This document shows, one piece after another, positions 14,136-28,099 of a stretch of 64,000 nt of DNA. Every line of letters begins with the position of its first letter. The stretch's first letter is position 1. The position numbers and the translations under genes are program-made. The notes beneath the pieces are model-generated. The model was not told the DNA's origin. It did not search any database and was given only the letters and a program-made list of their open reading frames with translations. Source of the stretch: Fimbriosthenelais zetlandica (taxonomy: Eukaryota); assembly GCA_977030845.1 (NCBI GenBank), contig OZ365114.1, positions 17,670,001-17,734,000 on the forward strand. The letters run 5' to 3'.

Positions 14136-15819
14136 ACCTGCACGTTTCCGTCTCATTTTGGCTTCCTATTATAGAGTTCTGAGGACTCTTAAATTTGACC
14201 TACATAAAGAATAGATTCTTCCCAATCTGTCCTAGAAAAAAATAGATTCCTCACAATCTGAAAACAGGAGCATTTCGTGATAACTGAGAGGGTCTCTTAA
14301 GTGTCTGTTGATTCTATCTATTGAATTGCAATTGGATCAACATTCCCCGTTCTCTGCCAATTGTTATCTATAAATAACTTGATAACAGGCTTGGTACCAA
14401 ACTAATAAGGGTCCAATAATCTCAAAGATAAAAGCTAATATAGACCTATGCAAATATACAAATATTGGTGACGTGGGAATGATAACAGTTAAAGAAAAAC
14501 ATTAACAGCAATTCCTGACAGCTAGCTTTGAGTTAAACTTATTGGTTCAGCTGATATATTCTAATTAGTATTGAAAGCCGCATTTGGCACGGAGCAAAAT
14601 GTCCGAAGATTGTTCATGGATATTTTCATTAAATATTATAGGACGGTTCAATCGGATCAAAAGGTAAATTATGTCCTATTTAAACAGTAACATATGATTA
14701 TACACGCAGCTTTAATAATGTGAAGAGTATTGTTGGTACAGTTGACAGCTGACTGTCAGTCAATAAATTAGTCAATAATCCAGACCATATAAGTGTTAGA
14801 AAAAAGGTTTTATTTCTTGTGCTGTGAAATTATTCCCCATAAATAATCAATCCCTGTATGAGCTATGAAATTTGAACCCATAATAGAAAACAAAAAGGAA
14901 TACACTTTACGAATTAAGCCTTTGTTTTGATGATGTGATTAAGAGTCGGAGAATAAGTGCATTAAGTACTGAGAATGGGAGTGTAAAACATGACAAAAAC
15001 ATTCATTTATAAGGTCGCCATGACAACTGACATTGGTCAGCACAGAGTACATCCTGTCAGGACAACAACAAATGGCTTTATCCCACACTGTGGTTGCCAT
15101 GCCAAGCCTTCCCCATAAACTGACCAAATATTGACAATGGCATGCCTCCAGGATTTTCAGTGTTCCGACCAGATGAAATCTCCCAACACGTTTACCTTAA
15201 TATACAACAGAACACTGGAGCCTCCGTGCAAAGCTAGGAATCTGGGAAGATTGTGTAGTAAAAATGGAATAGAGCACGTATACATCTCTTCATGGTGTAA
15301 TTTTACTCCTGAAATTAAGAAAAGGGACCTCTTGTCCACACCCTTCTCGTCTCGTCTCCATCCCGAATTTATCCCATCTAATAATCATTTCTTCATTACT
15401 TTATTCTTTATTCATTTCTTTACTAAAATGTTTAATTAGGGCCAATAATGGTGCGGCCTACATGTTTCTACGTGTGTTTTGCAAAGGTTTGATAACTTCC
15501 TCATTTCTGCCCACAGAATAACAATGGTTATTTGAAATTTTCAATCCTGTTCAAACCCGCACTCTCGTCCTGGGTGCACTGGAGTGGGCATATATCATGG
15601 TTTTAAGCTTCTTCTCTCTGCAGTCTATTCAATCCAAATCTCTCACCCTCTCTTTTTCCCCATAAGGAACCTGATGTCATTGAGCTACTATAATGCTTCC
15701 TGCAAATTTTAATGAGCTCTTTATAGCGCCTTTAGTATGATATAGGGACTTTTTATTTCCATGGTTGGCATTAAAATATCTATTAAGCAGTTGTAATGAC
15801 AGTGGACAAGACTCTCTCT

Positions 15820-16480
15820 GTCATATATTCTCAAGAAAAATCCTGGTGTCTGAAAGTGATTTGGACTTAATGGGCGCTAATAAAGATTTTTCCATGAGGA
15901 AGAATAAGGCCTGAGGTCTTGCCCACTGACCAATAAGCTCGACAAGGGCATAAATATCCCGATGAAGCATGCATGCTCGCCGCGGCATTGCTGTCCACAG
16001 AGCTGGAGATGACATGAAAGTGAACAACCTTGTTCGGGCGTGCGTGTTCACTAAATAGGAATTCATGGTATATCTTGCTTTCAATTTCCTAAGGAATTCC
16101 GTAAAACTATACCTCGAAACAGGGGAGGTTTGAAAGATATCCATGGATACCAAGGTTCTATATAATTATAATGGCGAAGACTGGTCTATTTATTCACCCG
16201 TGATTGAATTGCATTTCTTCCCTTTTTCTACCGGAAGAAGCAAGTGGTCCACCACAAGTTCCCTGAAGTAAAAGCTGTCAAGCTTTCGAATCTTTCCCAC
16301 AATCAACCTGCAATTGAGATCAATACCTAGGAGCAATTAAGTTCCCAGAAAAGAAGAATCTAATGGTTAATTTGCAGCCCCTTTGTTTCTCTTTACCCAA
16401 GTTTCCTTCCCCTTCTGTCATTTGCCATCAGAACCCAGTTTTTCTAAAAGAGGAGGTCTTCTGAGGCAATGCAGCGCAAG
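15820..16480 (-). mobile_element. Decayed LINE RT C-terminal fragment
   Basis: LLGIDLNCRL (cf. YLGI.L...L.W) and SYLVNTHARTRLF..SPALWTAMP (cf. YNTRS...RT...F.....WN.LP). Confidence 0.3.
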
Positions 16481-19009
16481 AGGTACCTCTGAAAGGCAGC
16501 GAAGTATACAAGAGTAATCTAATCTTGGAAGTGTGTGACAAATAATTATAGTGATGATATGTGAAGGTCCTACCTTTTGTTATATAAGTCTAATCACTGA
16601 TGGTTTCATAATCAGAGCCAATTAAACCAGCCACTTGTTACCCATATTATGTCCATGCAGCCATGTATATAAGTAGATAGGTTATCTCATATTACGTTAG
16701 GTTTATCTGATACTGTCCTACTCGTGGTGTCTCATTCTATAATAATGATTTACCACATATCATGTTAACAGAACTAATGGACCTTCCGCACCAGGCTTCC
16801 CATGCATAATCTTGTGAAATTTATCTTGTTTTTATATCTTGTTTTCCTTCTTTGGAAATTTATAGGTGAGGGCATTGTGTCTGAGACTATATGCACCACC
16901 TGCGGATGCCATAACGAATGAGATTTAAAACCTGTTGTCTAATCAAGAGCCTGGGAATTGTCAGCTGATGTGTGGAAGTATGGGTGGAGTGGCACAATAG
17001 GCTGCTGACAGCTCAGCCTCCAAACCCAGCCACCACACTATGTCCTAACCTTTCCGCTTTATCACTAGCACCACTCGGCATTAATGGCTCGGTTATGGTA
17101 GAAAATGTCAAAGCTTTATTGAATTTCCCATGCGATGACAATCAAGACGCTGTTTCTGAGGTGGTGAGACTGACACGGACACAATGATTCCTTTACTAGA
17201 TCTCCTTTAACCACAATGATTGTTGTGTGCGAGATTAAAATGGGGCCAGAATCTATTGGATTTACAAGCTCTTGATCTGCTTGCTCTTTCACATGTAAGA
17301 TGTGTTAATCTTGTTCTAATATTCAAGACATTTGAGCCTCATCTACCTAGCTCTATATCCTGAAATAGAGTAATGTACCACATATATACGCCTCTAGATT
17401 ACAGGTTAGACATAAAGCCCTGGTAGACTAGACAGGGTATTAAGTGGACCTGACGCCGCCTCACATTGTGCAGCTCACCACATACAGATGTAAGAAATCA
17501 CTGACAATGAGCTAACAGCTCCCTGAGATCAGATAAACAGAGGTAAAGATGGTTGGCAGAAAAAAGTGGATGATTGTATTGACCAGATGGCTAAAATACA
17601 CTGTTCTTTGGCTGCTACCAGGACCCTGCCATTAAATGGTGACAGCGGAATGAATAGATGGGTCTCAATGCTGGTTTTTTGGCTTTGGTAGCCAGGGCCG
17701 TGGTCATGCCTCCATGTCATGTATTTAGTACATTCATAGATAGATGAGATGTACGTTTAGTCATATAACGGCTTTGCTTGCTCAGCAAACTGCTTCAGCG
17801 AAATTTTTCAACGAAAGCTGTCTTTTCCATTTCCGGTGTTTTATATTCTGCAGAAGCTTGGTCTCACATACAGAATATCTATTTCATATTGTAATTCTTA
17901 TATGACTGATTGTCTGATCGCATGATTCATGCTTAGGACATTAAGGATTACATGAAAATTTGCAATCATTCAGTTTTTTACCACAGGTACATTTTGAATT
18001 GCATGTTGAAATTTCTTATAAAATTTAGACCTCCCTGCTAAAGTTGATATGGAGGATTTTACTGTGGACATAACAATTCAAGGTCCAGTAGCACGTGCCA
18101 ATAGGAAAATTAACCCTAGACTTAGCACTGCTAATATATCTTTTTTAACAGGCTGATTGATATACAGTATGTCCCATTGTAATGAAGCAAGCCATGCAGT
18201 TAGGAGCTGTGTCCCCAATGAATGATTTACAGCTGGACTACTATTTACTAACGTACATACGATTCACTGGGAATTAAGAGTAGAACATTTGATAGGAAGA
18301 GATCACTTACTGGGACGTGTGTGCTCACTGTGAGCCTTGGCAGGGAATAGTTGAAATACAACCAGACTTACTCTCTAAGTCAGGGATACATTACAAGTCT
18401 GTTTGCCCTGCAGTAGTAACTTGAATTTCTGAAGCTGATCTGTATAGTATAAGTACCGGTACTTCTGATGAAAGTTCTCTCATTCTTTAAGGAGATTTAA
18501 AATCGGAGATAATCAAATTTTACGCTAATCCAAGGGAAGGATTATCTATAGTAAAAACATGTAATCAGTTGATATTGAGACTTCGCTAGCCAACAAAGGA
18601 GCTGGTCTAGTCTGGCCCGAAAGAAGTGCATTCAAAGCTGGTCAAAAATATTGTTTTAAATACATAAAACCTATTTGATCCCTTCTTTTAGATAGATTTC
18701 AACGCAGGGTAATGCAATACTCTTCTCGTTCAGTACCAATGGAGCGAGAAATGGCGGGATTAGTCAAGTGGGGAACGGGTGTCCAGTCTCAGTCCTAGTG
18801 GCTTTTTCATGAACTACCTATCAGGGGCGACTTCCGATGGGGCTATTGTACCTCTGGGAAAAAACTAATGTGTTCGGCAATTGCAGGCAAAAATCACTGC
18901 ATGCCTCTTCAAAATGGTTTTCATCGTTGTGATGGCTAGACTCGATATGTTTTCTACGGGGAAAAAGTAAAGAAAATACTATAGCAAGGCAGTTAAAGAA
19001 TGCGTCCTT

Positions 19010-19260
19010 TCCACATATATATTCCTAATAAGATTCCTAACAAAATATCTTCGAATCGATTTATAACTGACTTCTACCAAATGGCTTTTCGATTGGTAAT
19101 CGTTCCCAGCCTGCATGAGGCCTTACCTCCCCCATGGCTGGCTAAGGTTGATTTTCAATATATTCCATTGTTCTAAAAGCCTCTTCGGGTGACCCTGATG
19201 CAGCAGGAAAATCGACTTTCCTATCTTACAAATCCAAACATTAATGCCATGCCATGAGTT
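19010..19260 (+). mobile_element. Possible DIRS/Ngaro RT remnant
   Basis: IFLI..LRIDL and FRLVIVPSLHEALPPPWLAKVDFQYIP resemble DIRS RT 'FLVPK..RP.IDL' and 'FRM.T...V...L...W..K.DLKDAY..IP'. Confidence 0.25.
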
Positions 19261-19299
19261 AGTTGTATTTATGACTTATATGGCATTGTATTTAAATAC

Positions 19300-20820
19300 G
19301 GTTAGCCCCAGGCGTAGACCTGTTTCATTTCCATAGATATGTGGATGACATAATATCAAAAGACAACAAAAATCGGAGCTTTTTTGTTGTTTATGAGCAA
19401 ACTTGGAAGTGGTGGATTAAAAGTTTGTTATTATACATGGATTTATATACTTAAATGTATTTACTTGAATGTATGGTTTACCTCAAAAAGTCTTTTAAAT
19501 CATGAAGGACTTTAATCATAAAGTTCTGCTTGTTTCTTTGTAAGCATGTACGTTCATTAAAGTGGATTATAATAAAATAACCTACATCGTCATAAAGTCA
19601 GGAAGGCACCGCTAGATAATTGTTTTTCAATTGGCTCATAACCAGGAGTAGATTCATTATTTTCCTCGATGGTACCAGAAGCATCTCAAGCAAATTTTAT
19701 TAGAGAATGATCATAAATATTCATGATGGTGGTCATAAGCATAATTGCTTTTTGAAATATGAACAAAATTGAACAGAAAAATATGTCTATCTCATATTTT
19801 ATGATCATCCTCATAAATGAATAATAGAGCAAATAATTATATGCTGTGGCTAATCATTGTCTGACTCTACTTTTGTGACAAGTGGATTTGACTTCAGATC
19901 ATTTATTTTCAAGGATTTCCCACATTGTAAATGTGACTCATCCCGAAAGACTGCTCCTTAATTAACTATTGTGCGCTTGTTTTTCGCTACTTTTATGTCG
20001 ACCAGGAAATATTTTCTGGTTATCTTATCAATATTTCATTGTTTTGCTGCCATCAAATATGATCCAAGTGAGTCCTACAAAGCTCTGGGTTGAAACCTTT
20101 TCATTAAATAGATTTTTTGCGATATCAAAAGTTCAAGCAGATACATGGTGTCTTTTTGCTGACTTATCTGTGGTTGTTAGTGAGAGCAGTGCATCCATGT
20201 GTATTCATCATTATGCTTCATCTCCTTTATATAAAGTGCACCGATCCGTAAGCTGTCTGCAAAAACACTGAAATATTGTCTGGAATGGAACAAGGCTTGG
20301 ATTGTAAATAGATCTAATCATGACATAATGAGACAGTGCAGCAGATTTATTCCAATGCCAACAATAAATACAGATGGTTTTTATTGTTAGGTTGAGCCAT
20401 AAAAATCCCCCAGGGCCTTCATATAATAGCTGAAGGGATATTAGCTTGGTTATACTGCCTTGCAAGTGGTAAAACAGTTCACAGACATTGTTGTCCACAT
20501 CCTTTACAGTGACAATAACGATAGTCTTAATCAAAGCCAGACATAATTTTCAATGCTTTTCAATTGAAGCAATGGTAAATCAATGGAGCACAGGAACCCA
20601 AGGAACTCTAATGCCGTCTGCACTAGTGAGATAATATTCCCATTGACTATGCTCGAAATCACATATCACATGGAATAATTCCACAAAACCAGTAATCGAT
20701 GGCAGCCCTCGAATGAAATATTGGATAATGCAGTGGCAAAAGGTTTGAAAGAAGATCCCATCTACATTGATCCATGTGACTCCAATTATGCCGATGATAT
20801 CAAGTACCGGCCCTCTCAAA
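19300..20820 (-). mobile_element. Decayed CR1-like LINE ORF2 5' part (APE endonuclease and linker)
   Basis: LDIIGIIGVTW (cf. IDIIGITETW) at ~20770-20800, followed by AT-rich degenerate linker-like translations. Confidence 0.35.
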
Positions 20821-21049
20821 CGCCTACCCCTTGATCTTGGTCTTAAACATGGATCCAGGCAACCAAGTAAATCCCCCTATTACCCTGTTATATAACCCTG
20901 CTCTTGCAAGAACATGTTGGACAATATGTAATCACATTATCTATATCGAGTGATAGAAAGTATGGGAGGAGGAGGGTACTAATTCCGAAATTCTTATGCA
21001 TAAAAAAGTAGGTATGTCGAGTCTTTCTGACTTCAGACAGTCCTCGCTA

Positions 21050-21620
21050 GCATAACCACATCTATAAGGACTCTCATCCTGAATCCACATACTCTCCACT
21101 TTCATTTGCCCCACAAATCCCGCTAAAGTCCATTTCTGTGACAACTGACAGCTAACACATGAAGTCCTCACTAAGCAATCAACTCACGAGAAACTCAAAG
21201 CAATTGCTGACACTTTCAACATCATGCTCTGCACACTCCCTACCAGGCAACCACAAGAGTAAGTCAAACACACCAAATGCCTCTCTGTGTAAAGCCAGGG
21301 TGTCACATGCCTTTGAAGCTTTTGCTCCAGCCACTAACACCAGCCCTGATAAAAATCAGCATTACTAAATAAGGCGGCAGACAGAAGGGATCCCTCTGAA
21401 AGCAGAAGCTAAAAGCAGTACACACTTCGGCGAGGGCCGCGTAACAAAATCAAGTCCTGAATGGTCCACCCACATTCTTCAGTGGATAATTTAGAGACCT
21501 TATGGCAAGTTCAGGTGGTGGTGCTGATGCCATTGATCCCTTCATTCAGGTCCTCCAATTACATGCTCTGGCTGCGTCTTAGTTTCTTGGGTAGATAAAG
21601 TTACACTTGCTAAAAGATGC
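21050..21620 (+). mobile_element. Decayed Penelope-like RT fragment
   Basis: FHLPHK / PLKSISVTTDS (cf. FYGLPKIHK..PLRPIVS..GS) and ASLCKARVSHAF (cf. SLFTKVPV.EA). Confidence 0.3.
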
Positions 21621-22029
21621 CAATATCAATGCTTCTATTCCACTTTCAGAGTCAGCTTAACTTATTAAAACTCTACAATCCTTAACAATCGAAATGTTTT
21701 ACTCCATCTTGTGAAAAATGCCTTAAAATGTAGGATTTGACCCGTTGATATGCCTTTCCATGATGATGGACACAGACTGCACCTTGTTTTGACATGGGCC
21801 TGTAGACGCGGATCCCTCCAATGAATATAAAACTCTGGCATTTTGTTGCCAATCCCTATAATATTCCTATCATATGCATCAAATCTCCTTTTCTTAGTCT
21901 GGGAATTGGGGAGCGGAAAGATACTGACTCTTTGCTTGGGTGCACCATGTACATTAAACATGGATCAGGGAGATGATTTTTCCTCTCAACAGGGAACACT
22001 CAGTCAGAGTTAAAGGCGACCCCCAGACA

Positions 22030-22600
22030 GATGAAAGCAATATGGGGTCAAATCCATATTAATCTCTGTCTCAAACAAATGATCCAGAAGGGGTATTACA
22101 TCTGGTATAATGCCCCAATCTCTGCAAACAGGCCTCAAGTGGGTGGCCATTCCTCATCCAGACTCACTATACTGACCTATCAGCTTCCTTCTGGCGCCCC
22201 AATGAACCTGTTACCAACTCAATGGGAATATGGCCTTGTAAGACAAAAGGACAGGATTGAAGCAAATTGACTTCATGGGGAAGGGAGGACCCATAGGGGT
22301 AACTCATTGCTGGAGGGACAAAGGCCGTTGGAAATAGGATGCAATACTGGTTGGGAATTGGAATTGTTGACCAATGGGTCTGTGTCACTGGAGCCATCGA
22401 TGTGGGGAGGGCACGCGAAACACGTTATCAGCAACACAACATGTCAACTCTCATTACACATCATACCCACACCAGGCTCAAGCTTTGGTCATGAGCCCTT
22501 TGCCCACTGATGCTTGATTCTCTCCACAATGCTCCAACCATTGGCAATAACTTCATGTACTTTATCAGCAGAGTCGATGTGGCCATCGATTGCTGAACTG
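22030..22600 (+). mobile_element. Decayed DIRS-like RT N-terminal fragment
   Basis: WGQIHINLCLKQMIQKGYYIWYNAP (cf. W..I..D.WV...I..GY.I.F...P) and LVRQKDRIE (cf. LL.K.AIE). Confidence 0.35.
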
Positions 22601-24949
22601 ATAGTACCTTTATTACTATTAAATCCTTGGTGACGTTGCTTTATAGACATCCTAGTTGTTTAATGGTGTTTACATCCCATGCCATTTGCCAGAGCTAAAC
22701 AGATTTATGCCGGGAAATAGTCTGGTGGTCATGGTGTATGAATGTTGTAGTAGCTGGCTGGTACAAAGTAAATCCCTGTAGTGGACGAGGTTGAAGATCA
22801 TAGTGACTATGGAAATTGGTTACATATTAAATGCGTCTCTACACTGGACATCGGACGGAAGACCGATTATATGTGCTGTATGTGTTTCAAGCAATTTAGT
22901 TGCATACAATTCTAGGAATAATATAAATGAACATAGAACCCCTATTGTTTCTGTTCTATTACTCATTATGATAATGTGGCACATCGCTGTCATTCCCGTT
23001 GGATTCTACTGTGTCTGTTTCTACGACAAGATACAACAGGCCAGGGGCATGCATCTAGCTTGTATATGGAAATAGAGATGTTAAGTAGTGATATGAATAT
23101 AAAAGAAGTGTATCGATACAATTCGATAAAATTTAAGTGACCAAAAACTGTGACCTTCTGTCCCAAAATTAACATGCTATAAACCGTCTTTTAACCAAGT
23201 TCCTGTCATTATTTCCCATCTTAAGCATTATCTCCATACATGACCAAGGGAAACCCAGGAAGACGTTCATCCACAACATCACGTGCATAAGTCCCCATAC
23301 AGGAAATTAATGAATTGAAAATCCTCTTTTATCACACAGCATCACCACCTGCCAGGGACTCTCTTCAGTTCAAACCTGCCAAAGCATTTGCCTTGGTTCC
23401 ATTATCTTGCCCTGCGAGCACTTCATTCAGCCATCGCCTTTGCAGACACTGCCCACTTAATGGCGGTGGACAAGGGGACATTGAGTCTTTTATTGTATCC
23501 TTGGTCTGCTCTGCCATTTTATGTCCATCCCAGCTCCTCTTTGGACCATCCCAAGGCAGATGGGCAATGTTGGGAGATGCAGGGCTGTGGAAAAAATCTA
23601 ACATAGAGTCATTCGATTGAGAGGAATGTGCTGGCCATGCTTCAAAAACATTAGAAATGTTAGAATTATTCTGTGTAGGTCAAATATTCAGCAATGGTGT
23701 CGGTGCTACAGTCTAGACTGCAGTAAGTTTACCTTGTAATTTTTATCTCATTATTTATTATAGTATTGTAAATCTGATTCCTAGAAATTTGAAAATAATG
23801 CATGGAGGTCATTCTTAGATTTGTACATATTTATATCACCCGATTATAAATTTATGTAAAAAGACAAACTTTCTTGAGGGAATCAATGTCATTTATCTAG
23901 GTTGGTGTGGCGCTATTGTTTTTTTTTTGTGAAACTAGGAAGCCTCTTTCTATGGCTTCTACAGAAAATTTAATTAATCGGTCCGGCTTCGCTTATGCGC
24001 GGCTTCCTTTATTTCCACTTCCGCCTTGTAGACAGAAAAAACTACAAGATGTGCTGAACTATGGTGTCAGTGAAAAAGGAATCCACATTCACATTCTTCA
24101 TAGGTACAGTGAATAAAGGGTAAAGTTCCACATATTATTCTTCAGTTTTTTGCTCTAAGACAATCCCGACGGACTGAAAGGCACTGTGGGTGCAGAGGAA
24201 GTAAGAAAGAAGAAAGAAGGGAAAAAAGTGAATATGTGGCAAGAAACTTTTACAAACTTTAAGAATATTTTTTTCAGCCTCAGGTATTCAAGGAAATTGT
24301 TTTCTTGACGCACCCACATCAGTTAGTCATTGTCTTGCTGGGAGGCATATGGCATATATACATGTATGAGTAAAGCAGCTTCCACACGTACTGTAGGCAT
24401 GTTCCCCTGTACCTTCACAGCCTCTGCTGTCCCCGAAATGGCCGACAGTTTACCTGCTTCGACGACATGGGGTTTCAGGCTTCAAAATGGTCTTGTAATT
24501 AATTTTCTTGCTGGTACAAGTGTATACAAGTCTGACAAGACATGTAAAATTGTCAGTCAAATGTATTTGTCTTGTCGTTGTGAGACAGTGTGGAAACAGC
24601 TTTATGCTATATCCTTTCTGTTGTGTCCGAACGTTGAATGTTCACTTCCTGTTTGCATGTATTTCATTGGATCACTGTCTTAGAGTTGGTTTTTTCTGCC
24701 AATGGTAATAATATAAGTCTGGTTCTTGAAGATATGTTTTGCTTGATAGACTTAGACCCTATATGTATCGGTCTGTAGAATCTGAAACGGCAATCAGCAT
24801 CTATCCATTCCGAACTAGATGTAGGTCTATAACTAATTACCATAGCAAAAATCTGCTGAAAGTTAACACCAAATCCTTTACTAGATGCTAGAAATTTGTA
24901 ATTTAACTGAATTAAAGTTCAACTTAACTTGAGGAAATGCAACCAAGGC

Positions 24950-26100
24950 TTTCAGACATTCAGACCTATCCTTCAATTGTGCATGATCTTAATAGTGGTG
25001 GACAGTTGGAGTAATTTCTCTTTCTAACCTCGCCTTCTCAGAACTGTCTACCTTACACCCATCAGTCTCAACTGTTTAGTAGCCTTGGGTGACAATGGAG
25101 GAAAGAAATGTAGGCAGGGATCTATATATGTGAACATAGTGTGATGGAGGTTCTGCTCCTATGGGATGATGACCTTGACATAACCAGAAAAGCCCCTAAT
25201 ATCGCCCAGAGGAAACTCGACTCCCAACAATCCATATGGTGGACAGCTCGTCTTTCTTTCCTCCATGCTGTTCCCCTGAGCAAAATCAAGTAGTGTTCAA
25301 TGTCCATAAGTTCTGATGACGGGGCAAAGTTCGCAGGCGAATGATGCCAGGAGGGAAATATTTTTTTCTTTGCCAGTGGATTATATTTGAATTATAACTG
25401 GAGGCGAGGAGATATATAATATTCTTCTAGTTTTGGTCTTCGAAATTCGGAAGTTCATGTTAAGTGGGGTATTAGGCAGCTATATTGCAATATCCAGAGG
25501 CGAGGCACAAAATCCCAACACAAAGTGATGAATAGAATTGACATATAATATATTATGTTCAATGTCCATACTTCTCAATTGAGTTAATAAGACTCCAGGG
25601 CTTCTGCATAGAAGAAAATACTGTCGAGTCAAACTTAAGGCCGCAAATGATACGCAAGCTTGTTGCAGGTCTATAATGCTGAATTCAACTAAAATTTAAA
25701 AGATTTAAGGTCAGAATCTGAAGTCAGCAACTTTACAACAGATTCTTTTAATAAAAACCAACCTATTTAGATCACTGTATCCCAACAGTGACTAATCTGT
25801 GATACAATTCAATAGCAAATGGCTCTGCCACTAACGAAGAACTGGGTGTTTCAGTGGCTTCAGAAATAAATTTTTACAGAACAAGTTTTATGCTATCTAC
25901 TGTGGCTGGTTACTCGAAAGTAAGATTAATTGAAAGAATATTGCCCCAGCACTCTCTCTTGAATCAGGATACATTTCAAAGTCAGTCACAAATCTCAAGA
26001 CTTCCTCTGTACGGTATATATTATGACCCGGAGGAACCCTTGGGCTATCTGGGATTATTTTAGTTCTCAGCAGTAGTGATCTATAGGCTACATATAGAAA
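24950..26100 (+). mobile_element. Decayed CR1/L2-type LINE RT
   Basis: NSGGQLE*FLFLT (cf. D.G.QVD.IFLDFS) and NKTPGLLHRRKYCRVKLKAA (cf. NRTLGFLRRNL..C...VK..AY) at ~25586. Confidence 0.45.
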
Positions 26101-26460
26101 CTGATAACCTAATAAACTGACGACAGAAGCTGTAATTTAGATTGGATCTTTACTCGATCTTTATCTGCCCCGCCCGTCTGAAGCTTTTCATCCCCCAATC
26201 TGTCAACTCCCTCTTCTGCCACACACAATACAGTTTAATTCCATTATACAACACAATAAATGCCAATGGCCTTCATTGTATTGTAATGAGGACTCGAATA
26301 CGACATTTCACTAATTCCATATCGTATTTAAGTGAGACTAGCTTATGAAAAAGGATTAATAAAAACAGAAACAGAATAAGGAGCTTCTGTAGGCCTACGT
26401 GTGAGACCCCAAAATATTCTCTTAAATTTTTCGAATTCAAATCTTAAATAATTAGATAGG

Positions 26461-26727
26461 TCATGTGTGCCACATTGTTATGAAAATAGACGTAGCTTTA
26501 AAAAGATTTATACTTCTCGTAGTTGAATGATTTTTTATAATATCCGCATTATATCGACCAAGACAGGAAAAGATCATCCCTTTTCTTACCAAAGGATTCA
26601 GGAGGACGATATTTTGCATCAGCGACAAAGGTCTCTGTAGGCACTCATTGTCTGATCCATCATCATTATTTCTCTGGTAACAAAAATAAATACGTAACAT
26701 TTTTTGTTCGAAAGTTTTTACTTTCAT
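26461..26727 (-). mobile_element. Decayed RTE-clade LINE C-terminal fragment
   Basis: VKTFEQKMLRIY....D..DNECL (cf. KI.AFE..CLR.IL...W.D...N..V), later CLGR (cf. W.GH). Confidence 0.35.
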
Positions 26728-27088
26728 TCAGGAAGTGCACCAAACCCAGGACCCGGATTTGATGGCATGCATTCGTAGGTTTCTTAGCTTATTTTTGCTT
26801 GAATATCAGTCATGTTATGGAGCGCACATAGTACACGATTATTAAGATTCATGTGCTAATGACGAGATAAATAGGTATTCACGATTTAGGAGATCTGAAT
26901 AGAAACATCAAGGAATGCGACTAAATTAGGGGCTTGTTAACAAGCTGCTGATTGTCTTTGAGACCATGATAGGCTGTTTGAACTGCTGCAGTGATCAGTC
27001 CAGGATCTATATCATTAGGATGTATGTACTGCGGTACTTTAATTCCACCCGAATACAATTATAGTTAAAGCAACTCTAGATGCCTTTA

Positions 27089-27203
27089 ATCCTTTAGCTC
27101 ATTCTAATCTATGATAATGAACTTGAACTAGGCGTACATTGTAAAGCTATTTAGGGCCATGGCTATAACTTTTACGGAGGTTGGTTTATGCTTCCTCTTT
27201 AGA
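27089..27203. repeat. Direct repeat copy 1 (~115 bp) flanking a minisatellite
   Basis: atcctttagctcattctaatctatgataatgaac...ggtttatgcttcctctttaga recurs at 27390-27501 with small indels. Confidence 0.9.
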
Positions 27204-27389
27204 TTGGAAATGAGGGTTACATTGGACATGAGGGTTAATTTGGAAATGAGGTTTAAATTCGAAGTAAGGGTTACATTGGGAATGAGGGTTACATTGGAAA
27301 TTAGGGTTAAATTGGACATGAGAGTTACATTGGGAATGACGGTTACATTGGGAATGAGGATTACATTGAGAATTAGGATTAAATTGGAC
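27204..27389. repeat. 18-bp minisatellite, ~10 copies, consensus TTGGAAATGAGGGTTACA
   Basis: Units read directly: ttggaaatgagggttaca, ttggacatgagggttaat, ttggaaatgaggtttaaa, and so on. It explains the repetitive ORFs 27128..27391 and 27159..27398. Confidence 0.95.
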
Positions 27390-27501
27390 ATCCTTTAGCT
27401 CATTCTAATCTATGATAATGAACTAGGCGTACATTGTAAAGCTATCCAGGGCCATGCATGGCTATAACTTTATGGAGGGTGGTTTATGCTTCCTCTTTAG
27501 A
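27390..27501. repeat. Direct repeat copy 2 (~112 bp)
   Basis: Near-identical to 27089-27203. Confidence 0.9.
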
Positions 27502-28099
27502 GTCAGCCCGTCATATTTCGAGCTGTTTCCCCTCCCGTGGTCACATTTCATGTCAGTTTAAAAACTTTCCGGATTCTTAGGCGGTTATAGAGACACGTCA
27601 CTAGCCCTCAGCTCCCACCTTCCTATCATCAGTTTCTATAATTATATAGGCGACTCGAAACCTGACAACCACATCCTGAGTCCTGACAGAACCAAAAAAA
27701 TGGTGAATATTGAATATTGCCAGTTGACTGTGTTGATAGGTCTATTCGAGGTTCTATGTACAATTGGAATGTTTACCCAGCAAATAGAACAATTCTCTTT
27801 CCATATACATTAACCAAAATATGTTATAAAGTTGTTAGTGAAATTTCGGTTAAGTCATATGTCATAATACTACCTATATCAAAAGTGAGGTTGGTAATAT
27901 ACAGAATACAACTGTTTGCATTCAGAAGTAAATTAGGCTATCTCTATGTCATTAATCTACAACCCATTGCCACATATCGCTTGCACAGCCGTATGCATTT
28001 CGTTCATGGACAGAGTGAAATATGACTTAATTACTCAACCAGTAATTGGACCATTCATCTCAGGCTGTCTTGTTTACATGTACTCCTTACCCTGACTTT

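Noticed and set aside
27128-27398. Repetitive ORFs (…SNLTLI… / …MRVTL…) on both strands
   Set aside because: By-products of a stop-free 18-bp minisatellite.
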